A stretch of 64,000 bases of DNA from Balanoglossus misakiensis (lineage: Eukaryota > Animalia > Hemichordata), in the NCBI GenBank assembly GCA_040954595.2, contig CM082595.2:2651943-2715942 (forward strand), in the 5' to 3' direction. Below, piece by piece: positions 1 to 11,400 of this stretch. A program made the position numbers and the translations under genes. Each line of letters begins with the position of its first letter. The first letter of the stretch is position 1. The notes beneath the pieces are model-generated. The model ran no database searches. It was not told the DNA's origin and was given only the letters and a program-made list of their open reading frames with translations.

Positions 1-407
1 GACAAATCTACCAATAACTCGGCGCGATATTTGCATGAAATGATACAGTGATATAATCATAAACTTGTATGAGTCGTAATGTTGTCTGAACTCTTCATAA
101 CTGTCGGTCATTGACTGCCAAGGCCCAGACATGTCTATTTTTTTACAAGTTCGTTTTGGTTTCAAAAACAGAATGGCGACACATATATTGCTAGGATGTG
201 CTATGTAAGAATACTACATACGATGTGTGTGACACAGTGTTAGCTTTGGATGTGTTTGGTGATGAGACGGGAAACGTGCAGTGCCTTGGAAGGCCAATTG
301 TCATAGGTTGAAGGGTGAAGTGACAAGGGAAGCGGACCAATCAGACACAACCTTACGAGATCGCTGCCAGACAGCAGGTGTTCAGTCAAATAGGAGGATA
401 AGCTTAC

Positions 408-439
408 CTGCGCCACAACATATCCATGGACTTGTCCAT
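408..439 (-). CDS. Candidate alternative (DeltaN-type) first coding exon of the p53-family gene: MDKSMDMLWR
   Basis: Strong Kozak context (gaaaATGG), CAG|gtaagc donor, and a phase-2 end identical to the TA exon. It lies in the intron just downstream of the TA exon. Confidence 0.55.
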
Positions 440-712
440 TTTCTGATATCAGAACTTCATGACAGCAAAATGTTTATTATTTAAATTACTGCAAGGGTGA
501 GAAAATCCACCATTCCAAGCTCATTGGCTAGTAGTTTTTGCTCCATCTACCAATAAGTGACTTGGAAATCGTTCAGTTTTAACACTGACATTGAACTGGT
601 AGGCTTGTTGAAACTGCGACTGAGCCAGTGATCGTTTTGCACAACTACCCTGAGAGCTGGTGGATTGGAAAAGGACTTGCTCACCCTTCTCGGAATAAAA
701 TACTTCACTCAC

Positions 713-882
713 CCATTATCTGTGATGTCTCCCAACTGGGACCACAGTTGATTGAACGTCTCTTGACTCAGTGGTTGACTGTGTGATCCCTGCGATGTGG
801 TTCTGTCAAAGGATTTGTCGTGCAGTCCCCCGCTGCCCAAGCCGCAGGGTGGGGTCAGGTTCTCGCTCTCTTCTTGCGACAT
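713..882 (-). CDS. p53/p63/p73-family transcription factor, transactivation-domain exon (gene continues left of the window)
   Basis: Exon 900-713 has a long polypyrimidine acceptor (tccctgttag|) and a GG|gtgagt donor. ATG at 882 gives MSQEESENLTPPCGLGSGGLHDKSFDRTTSQGSHSQPLSQETFNQLWSQLGDITDN, matching the p53 TAD1 signature PLSQETFxxLWxxL (FxxxWxxL MDM2-binding motif). The DNA-binding domain is not in the window. Confidence 0.92.
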
Positions 883-1126
883 TCTTACTTGAACAAGTAC
901 CTAACAGGGACAGGGGAGAGAGACAGAGAAGGAAAAAGACGGTGATCGTTAGTGTATAAAGCAGAGAACTGCAAACCCTTATTGAATCTCGAGAAACCTG
1001 TAAGTTTGTCTGATGTGTCAAATAGTTGAGGATCCGATACAGATAGTTGGAAAATTGTTTATTCTTCTCAATATGCCCAAGTGAGGGAACATCTCATTAT
1101 TGTTATTGTCATAACAATTTTGGTAG

Positions 1127-1182
<56 letters not shown>

Positions 1183-1183
1183 C

Positions 1184-1224
<41 letters not shown>

Positions 1225-1239
1225 CTGATGATGATGATG
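1127..1239. repeat. (GAT)n trinucleotide microsatellite
   Basis: About 37 GAT units with two GCT interruptions. It generates the spurious poly-D, poly-M and poly-I ORFs. Confidence 0.98.
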
Positions 1240-2403
1240 GTGGTGACAATAATAATAGTTTGGATCGACTGCAAACCAATCACCTCACTACTATTTTTAT
1301 GCCGATCATCTCTATTTTTGGTTTCACAAAACTGCCACCAATCATAAATTTTCTATTAATTCTCTTTGTTAATTCTGAACACTACAATTCACCCAAATCC
1401 CTGACTTTATTCATAGCTTTCCCACAAAAAGGACCAGGGACACACTCCCATTTCGATACCACTGTCTGTATATGGAAGCATTCAAGTCAGAAGTTGCGTT
1501 TTATTGTTGATACACACAGCGCAATATGAACACGAACATTTAATAAAACTGAAGCGAAGCGAGAGAAAGTAAAATCATATATTTTGATGAATTGTCGGAA
1601 CATGCCAAAACATGTTATCGGCATACATAAAATTGAAAAGCGACAATGGTAAAATGCCGCTATTCTTGTAAAACAAAAGGACTGGCTCAACTCACAGGAA
1701 GCGAGTTCTCTCAAAACACGTTTTTATAATGTGTCCGTTTTTCTAAAACACAGCTAAAGGCAAAATGTGATTAAACTTTGAACTCACACCTGCTGGCCAA
1801 TAAACCAGCAGTTTTGTTCAAATTTGAGACTTTTTCAAAAAACTATTTTTTTCCTCAAGGTAAACATTACCTCTGATGCTTATATATTTTCAGTTTTGAC
1901 CAATATTGACAAACTAAATGTGATATGTTTCAAAAAATTCACACCAATAACTCCATCACTTGTTAAAATGAAATGATTGCATCCCATACCATATGCTAAA
2001 ATTAGAGAGACAATATTTACGAGATAATCATATGATACCGGTTGCCAGCATTTTCACCAATTTTATATTTTTTGCCATCACTGCCTCTCACTTCAGTACA
2101 TATGAAAATCTCTTCATTGTACAAACATTACTCATTCACTGATAATGTTCAATCCAGAATGGCATCCAGAGGGGGAGGGGGGATTAAGACAAAGACTCTT
2201 CCTCCCCTTATCCATCAAAGCTTTGAAATTCTCTCTACCATCTCATCAAGCTCTCTCCTCCCCTCAGGATTGGTCTCCCCTCTCTCTCTCCTCACATCAC
2301 GCTCCCTTCCTCCCCTCATCCATCACAGATTGGTACCTCGCTCCCCCACAGTAAAATTCCATCCTTCACAATATCATAAACTGTACCTACACTCATCTTA
2401 ACA

Positions 2404-2475
2404 TCACCTCTCCATCCCTCCCTCCCTCCCCTGCAGAGTCACCTCTCCATCCCTCCCTCCCTCCCCTGCAGAGTC
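2404..2475. repeat. Tandem duplication of a 35-bp C-rich unit
   Basis: tcacctctccatccctccctccctcccctgcagag occurs twice in tandem. Confidence 0.9.
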
Positions 2476-5400
2476 GGGACCATTCCCCTCTCAACACCCC
2501 TCACAGAAAGCCGTTACTGTCACCATCCTTCTTCCTGAAAAGCACTTCATGTACCAAAAATCCTTGTTTCCTTTTTCTGTACACATCCAGTTTGGATGAA
2601 AAAAAATCATGAAGTCAAAAACAAAGTTTTAAAACCAAGCGTACAAGTGGACCAAAGTACGTGAATGGTTGTGAAAAAGTGGGACAGGTCTCTAATTAGC
2701 ACCTTCTGAAGAAGCAAAGTTATGTAAGCAGGATTGGTTGTTGTCTATACAAGAAAAGTACTTATCACATTGATTCACAATACAACCATAGCTAGCAATG
2801 TCTGAGAACGGGTAATGCTAATATATTATCCCCAGTACATGTAGGAGCGACTCGGCCCTCTGCTAGAAACACTCACAGTCACAGTGATGACACTGTCACT
2901 TTTTTATGTCACATCACAGCCACCCATAAATAATAAACACCCCCAAAAGAAAACTTCATATACACAAAAAAGTAACAACATATTTCACTTTTCAGGAAGT
3001 AAAACCTGTCTTGTACATGTGTACACAGTCAAAGCGGTCTAGACACAAGCATGTCTGGACAACACGTGGATGAAAAATTTTGTCAGAAACAGACATAAAA
3101 ACTGAGAGCACACAACACCACTTCTCAAGTACAGTCCTACCTGGGAGAGATCGCTCGGTGGATACATGGCAACAAGAAAAATCCCGGAGAGAGAAAAAAA
3201 AAGAAACCTTGGCTGTCCTCTTCAAGATGCTTCTGTCCGAGTAGGCGTGCGAGCACTGGCTAAATATCACAGTAGTTGTGCTACTTAAAGCAGCCACTGT
3301 TTTATTGTTTTGGTTTGCCTCATTGATCTCGCTGACTGCTTCCTGTTCAAGAGTGGCTTTTGTTCGACACACGGCACATCACAATGCTCATTATCCCCCT
3401 TAGCTTTGTCATTTTTCGGAGCGAATTAATATTAATAAACTTCCTGTTCTCTTCATTCACTGCGGCGATTTTTTTCTAAGCGCACATGCACTGCTGGTCG
3501 TGCTCCATCAAAAATAGAAACTGGAGATTGACACTGGCCGTGTGTCGGGGGGAAATGGACAATGAAGACAGCCGACAAAAACCCCCAAACCAAGATCACT
3601 TCACAGCTGGATGAGTGTTTTCATCGCTGTGGTCGCCGTAGAATAGCATCACACATTTACACATCACCAGTTGAAAATGACACTCCTCAAAACAATTTGT
3701 TCTTTACAACAACCATATCAAATCTACTGAGAGCCCCATCCCACCAACTAGAGACCACGATTTTTTGGAAAAATACAGAAGTTTTTGGTTTTGTTATTGC
3801 TGGTCAGCTTGGAACTTTTTTCTCAAAATCAGACATCAATCGTAGACTTGATTATTGACTACCTGTTGATTGTCAACTGGATAGAAATCCCTCAAAAGCA
3901 ACAAAAAAATTTACTTCACATCAAGTTTACTATCAGTGGTCTCATCTTCTATTTTGACTACATGAACGATAATGATATATTTTACATAACTATGATATCT
4001 TTTTCATAACTTAAACACAATTGACATAAGTCTTACCCACTGCACACTGGGTGGAGACTAAGAAATGAACAGGCATCTTGTTTTGTTTCTCCATCATAAG
4101 ACTTCAAGCAATGTGAGTATAACTTCATTTAAGCATCAATTCCATAATTTTGGGGGCACTTTTCTGAAAGCATCTAAATTTCAACCTTGAACAAAAATCA
4201 CACATTTGAGCCAGTTCAATGAACTCCAAAAAGTTCCTCGTCAATCTCAAAGCAACACAGACGTCCAAGATTTTTTTCCAGACAAACAACATCTCGACAC
4301 GTGCAATGTAGAGCAATGTCCCAAAGTCAATAGCATGTTAATGTCCCTTTAAACTAAGACTCCCCAGCACGGTGCAAGAGTACCCCCCTCCCCCTCCACA
4401 AAAGATCACATAAGTCTGATAATTGTTCATACACCCACTCAAATAATTAATACCGGAACATGGGTTATCACAGCCATGCGTCTGATTGCCTCAGAGAGTA
4501 GAGTAGTACATTTAAAATACTTTAACGTGTTTAGGGGCCGGGGGTCCCATTGAGACCAATTCACCAAGGAGTAGACAAAATGCACATTCATCGAGGTTTG
4601 GACACAATACACACACCGACAGCTCCCTTTTTGTGTGTGATTACCGGTGTCTAAGAAACTGCTCAATGATCGCCTGTCGCTTCAATGGAACCAAGAAAAC
4701 GTAAACAAAAGAATCTGTCTGTGAAAAGACACCGAATTAACCTATCGATATAGTTCAAACACAATGAATACATTTCATTAAATATAACATGTAAATAATA
4801 ATTCATCTAAAAATAACATAACACTTCCATCAACAGCTTCATGAGCTTAAACTTTCCAATTGCTTATTATGATTTCGGCGCTGGAGTCAAAATTAATTGT
4901 ATATAATCAACCGATAAATATGTTTTCAAAATGTCATAGCTTGGATTACTCAGAACTGATGAGTTAATTAAATCTGTAATAAACACCACTGTCAAAATTT
5001 TGACAATCCCATCTTGGTTCCTAACAAATCATTTTCTTTTTCTCATCAATCAATTTAAATCCCTACATGACATAACTGGATTATCAACGCATGACTTCCC
5101 AAACCACAACAATGGATAAGGGGGGAAACCCTCGCAAGAAATTCCCACGGAATTCGAGAAAAAATTATCTGAAACGTCATTTCGCAGAACAAGAAATAAG
5201 TTGTCATTTTCATTAGATGATTTCTTGTCAATGCAGAATAGTCAGAAAAATTATAGATATTTTACATAATATCAGACTTGTAAGAGATGTTACTTTTTCT
5301 TAAACAAACTCAAATAAAACTTTGGCAATCATAAGTACATAAAGTTGAAACAAAACCAAGAGTTTCGGTTCTGATAACGCTAACCACAGCAATAAAGATA

Positions 5401-8400
5401 TTCGTCTTTCCATCCAACTTTTTAATTAGTCTGAACAAAGAATAACACTGAAAGCCACAACATTGCTATCAACTTTGGAGCGAAAGAATGCCAACACACA
5501 AAAAGTCCTTTATAAGATCTGGACAGAGTTGTGTAACCGACGCGAAACACAATCTCGCTAATTGTTCTCGCGTCATTCTCAAGCACCAGTTCTCACAGTT
5601 CATCACAGCAGAAAGCAGACCGCTACTCCGACAAGGGACCACTTCCCAGGAGCAAAGTACACAGAAGCAAGAATATCTTATATAAAACAGGGGATTTAAA
5701 CTTCTCCCTATATGATTTAAAAAGCCCTTTGTCTGGCTCCTTCTTAACTATCGGTACAATTGTGCTGTATTTGCTTTACAAAGGGTCTTCCGGAAACACT
5801 ATACTACCCTGTGTACTTTAATTCCAATTTCAACACAAAAGATCGCGCGACTTCCGAGCGGGATCAGAATTTTTCCGGAACTAGACATTAACTTTTGTTT
5901 AATGGAAGTTTTTCCATAACATAACATAGAGAAACTCGGCCAAAACTTAGGTAATCTTGAAAAATTATCATTCTTTTTCACTAACATGAGAAAATAAAAT
6001 TACCTTCATGAAAGACAATCACTAAGGACGTTTTAACCTTTCTGAGACAAAGGTTATGTAAGAACAAGCATTTCAATAAGACAACTTTAAACTTCTCAAA
6101 AATGTCCATTTCAAAATGCCAGTTTCCAAGAGACAATGGGTACAGTTTCTCTCGGTTACATCAATGATGGCTACCGGTGTTACGCATGTCAACTATAAAC
6201 ACGGGACAATGACATTTTTCGCTTTGACCAAGCATTTTAGTCCTTGGGTGCAAATCTCACATAAGCCTGGTGTACGATTCTTTTCAGAAGTGTAAACTCT
6301 ACTTTACTTTAATTATGAGTTTTGGAGAAAACTGACTTCAAAGACAGTGTTGGGTGCTCATCTCAATTCCTCAAAATCTCTTCACGCGACATACATACGT
6401 GTCAACTTCACAAATACTGTATTGCATGAAGGACAGAATAAAGCTGAAAATTCACCTTCACACGTCAAATTTTCACCAAAAATTCACACCTAACCTTAAT
6501 GAGATCGGGATCCATGGTCGCCATGGAAATCATAACAACCATTCACAACAAAGCCAACTTGTCCGGACAGCAGCAACAAAGTTGTAACAGTCACAACAGA
6601 AATAAAAGCAGAACACCAAACGCCATTTCAAAATTTGGTCTTTTTCTAATTTTATCAAACTCATTTGCATTCATATTCTGGCACAGAGTATACGACTTAC
6701 AGGGTGGCCATCTTGAAAACAACACACTCCATCCATGTTAGTTTCATATCTGCCATTTTAGCATCCCTCCACAGTAGCCTTACCACCCCTGTATATCGGA
6801 AATGGTCTATTCCAAATTTTTACCTATTGTCCTATATCAAATGGCCACGGAATGTACGAACATGTCGAGATGGAAAATAATAAAAAGCTATGCAAATTAT
6901 CGCTCTTTAGAATTTAACATATATATTATGCATATTGAGTCCAAGCTGCAAGCAATCACAAAATCAGTTTTAAAAACTACGTACACCTTCATATTTCAAA
7001 GGGTGACAAAACATCATCTTTGGTGTCTGTCTCTGAAAACAGTCTTTCCCAACACATGAAGCATTCACTGATTTCATCCGAAGCAAACATGAAACATACA
7101 TTCGCAAACTACTTTACATATTTCCATTAGCATCTTGAACGTTGGGAAATCACAACAAATCTGAGAACGTTCAACACAAAACTTTCCCTGGAGCTCAACA
7201 TTTGTCGTGCAAATAATTCCCTTTATATAGAACAATTTTGAGAAAGAAGAGGATCTAAGCAAAAAGCCTGGGAACCACAGTTTTCTTCAGTTGGCCTGAG
7301 AATTTTGTCGATTTACAATAGCTTCATCTTTGCATGTATAAACTATCGCCTGCATCTTCATATTAGAAACAAGTCATAACGTTGACTATTACATCATCTA
7401 TTATTACCCTTCTCTATTTTGATGAGCTAAGCACTGCATCATTGTAAAGGTATTATTGCTTTTTATTTTGGACAAACACCAATTGGCCTTTTGATCAAAA
7501 CACAGCTGTATGGCAATTAGAGTGCCTAATCCTTGCATAAATTATTATTTCTGTCCCTCAACACAAACATCTCAGTCAGAAACAGGTGCCCCCCAAATAC
7601 CCAGGGGGGGCTTTGTCATCTATTGGGTGCTATCACTATCAGCTGTTGTCATTGGAGAGACCAGGGGTTCATTGCCCTCTAAGATGGCAACTGACCATAC
7701 CACCTGAATGACCGCTATCATTGTACCCCCCCCCCACCCACAATATAGCGTAACTGGACACAAGTACTTCACAATTTATCATTTCTATAACTGACAAGAG
7801 AGTATAGAGGGAATTTATATCGGCAGTTTACTTGAAGAAATGTGGGCTTACTCTTATCTATGCCCCAAGGTGGTACTCAGCATTCTCTGAAGGAAAAAAT
7901 GTTTAATGTGAACAGAACATGTAATAAGGAATGGGATTACATGATGAAAGAAAATATTCTCTGTAGAGAAAGGCCTTCTGGATGTGTACTCTTTGATTCA
8001 ACTAATTTTGGGAGACTGTTCAATATACCGGTAGATTTAGCGAGACCGAATGTCCAGAGTTCTTTTCCTTTGGTTAAATTTTCAACAAGACTTTGATCAG
8101 TTTTTGCCTCTGGAAGTTGGGATACGTGGATTCGGAATGAAAGAGTGCCATAAGACAGGATTCCAGAACAGTACAGTCACATTGCCTGTTACCACGGTAC
8201 CCATCTGATGCAATCTGGGGTTAAATGGACAAAAACTGCCTCCAGAGGGCGATCTCACTTGACACTTTCTTTACATGCTACAACTCAGAACTGTGCAAAT
8301 TATTCATCAGTACATACTCCACAAAATACCTACAAGACATTACCTTGGACTGTTTAATGCTCTATATCTCGAATTTAAAAATTTTATTATAAAGCTGGAA

Positions 8401-11400
8401 TGACTTATTGCTATGACAACCAGCATCGGCCACAACACTGACTTTCTTTCCACCACAGAAACGCTAATCTAGGTCAGGAGTAACCTGTGACCTTGCCCCT
8501 GCGTCACAACCAAAGCCCCTAATCTTGGTGAAGAGAGCACGCCTATTGAAAATAACCAGTGATTGATTAATGAGTACAACACAGTCATTAATCTCCGGTC
8601 ATATGTCTACATGCCAGCGATAAACATCAATTTCCAAATATCAAAAATACTTGATATCGGTGGATATCAGTGTGTCATTATTTCAAGCAAAACAAAACTG
8701 TGACAATTTTGCTTTTAATTAAAAAATCATCCCATTCCCTTTCTAACTCGACAGAAAGACTGACCACGAGGGAATATACATGTCAGTACATGTATATCCA
8801 ATTTTGGAACTTCTGGCCACAAACAAATCTTGGTTTTGAATGATACTGTGTCAGACCTTCATGGTCCAATTGTAGCCTTTCTGTGTTTGCCAAGGTAATT
8901 TTAACTACAAGGTACAAAACAGAATTCAACCATAGAACCCACACACCTAGAAATATAACCATGAACCCTAAAACCATCAGAGATGAAAATATCTCCATCA
9001 GGAGCCAAGCAACAACATTAGAATGCCAAAAAGCCAAAGTGACCATTAAAATATTCTCACTGTTCCAAACGAATAAGCATATCAGTGCAAGTGTCCAACA
9101 GGTCACCATTTTACACACTGTGCAAATTATCTATCATGCTTATCACAAAAGTTCCCACTATAGGCAGAACCCTACATTATCAGGACCCCCTCCCTCCAAA
9201 AATCCACAAAATAACACTCTCCTGCACAAAGAGTGACCACAAGGAAAAACTCACAATGCATCACACACGACTGTGCTGCACACCACACACTAAATTACCT
9301 TATTTATTAGACGATTATTAGCTGCATCACAGCGCACACAACCATGGCATGCGCTCTACACACCGCATCCCGACGAACAAAGGCAAACATAGACTTCACA
9401 TTAGAGCTATTATACCTATAACATACATCTTGACATGCCAGCTAACCGGCCGACCAGCCTATGACATTCCAATTTTGCCCCACAGTAACCAATCCCTCAC
9501 CTAGCAACAGGTGATCCCAGAGTTCAGTTGACAATCGGCAGGGGGGAGGGGGTAATCCCTGGGGCTTGTCAACAATGATGACCTCTGACCCCTCCAAGCA
9601 CAGCAGGGAGACCACCTGGCCAGTTAGGTGGTCTGCTGTTGGCTTAGGTTGTCCATCTGCTTGGGGTCGTGATGTTGGGGTCGTAACCTCTGTACATTCT
9701 GATTCTCCACAGTTACTGAATCTGAATGAAGCTTCTGAACACAATACACTATATGGGGTAAAGGCTTCATGTTCTGAGTTAAGACACCACTCACTATGTC
9801 CAAACCTTTCACCACCAAACCATAGTAGCGAAAGTGTGAACCAAACTGTCATACTGTATACTTGTCTTGTGGACAATAGTGCAAAGTGCAGAGGCTGAAG
9901 AAAGGTAAAACGTTTCCACTACAATCAGTGGGTCTATTCCGTAAAGTAATGGCACAATAAAACATCTAAGAATCTAAAGGAAGCGAGCGCCATTAAAACC
10001 AAGAGTCTTCACACAGCCACTCCCCAATTGAATTGTCAACGACGAATGACGTTCGTTTTTTCACGTTAGAATCAAACCACACAGGTCAACCCAAATTCAC
10101 AGGTGAAATCGTTTCTCATCACTCTCTCTAGCACAGTTGTACTTTGCTTGTGATTCTTGGCAGTGCAGACCCTGTTACAAATGAGGCATCTTGTATGATC
10201 TCAGTTGAGTGCAAGTACGCTGTAAATTCTCCATGATAAATCTTGCCATCTCAAGCAGCAATGTGAAACTTACTAGTGGGTGTTGGCTCGATAAAACAAA
10301 AGATGATTGTTCTCCCAAGAACAGTGCAACAGAAAACACGAACAATGGCTAAACTTTGACTTTTTACTCAGGTTGGCAATCTTTCGCGGAATTTTATTGA
10401 AAGAAACTGGGGAAGGCGGAACTCTAACAGTAATCTAGTATTGGAGCCATCACATTCGGCACACACAGTGGTGTGGAACAAAGAGCGAACAATGGCTCGG
10501 GGGAGACCGCTTTCAATACCTGCTGCAAAAACAATGCCATTGTCTGCCTCAGCACCTGAGATCTCTTCTGTAACCGCCACACACTTTCAAGACAAGAGAA
10601 TGGGTCAACAAATTTGAAAAGCGGCCGCAAACAAACCCGGCGCGCAGGGGGATTGTCCCGCAAATTGAGGAGTGTCTCAAAACAAATTTCAAGATAGGGA
10701 ACAAGTCAACAAATTTAAATTGGTGTTAAACTCTTTGTCAAAACAAAAGGGTCAACAAACTAAAATACATCTACAACTGACGTAAAGGTATATGTGCCAT
10801 TGTAACCAGTGTGCCTGCCAACATACATAATTTTTTAAAAGCTTTGAGTCCAATTTAAGGATTTCTAGAAGTTTTTCCGAATCAGCCCTATAGCTCTGCA
10901 TGTAGTGTGGATAATTTTCTCGAGTCATCAGTGAGTTTGTTGAGTTAGTGGCTCGTCGTATGAGACTTAGAGGGGTTGCAGACACAATGCTTGCAAGCTC
11001 ATTTTGCCACCACACTGTTGTGCTGAGTAAGAACACACAAAAGCACCAGCAACTCTGAAAAAGCTGGGAAAGTATCTAATGGAACTAATTGGGTGTTGAA
11101 TTTGAGGTGTCCTTCAAGTCTGAAAAGCTGAATACTAAATACAGAGGCACCTTAGAATCAGTGGATGTCAATAAACTCCACCTCCCAGACACGGTATTGT
11201 TGAAACATCCCATGCATTATGCATCCCCACGAACGCCCGTTTCTGAAATCTGAGAAAAGTAATGGAAGAGAGTATCTTTTGCAGGGTAGCGTAAAAATCT
11301 GGCAAACATCATTTTATTTATTCTGCAATTTTGTTAAGAAAATGTCAGACATGATATGTGTCATATCAGATTCCACTATTTTCATTGTACAAACAAGGAG

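Noticed and set aside
521-712. 63-aa minus ORF next to the TA exon
   Set aside because: It starts at the GT of the splice donor, and read-through of the TA exon hits GGG TGA immediately, so it is intronic.
1047-1529. Poly-Asp, poly-Met and poly-Ile ORFs
   Set aside because: Artefacts of the intronic (GAT)n microsatellite, with no splice or domain support.
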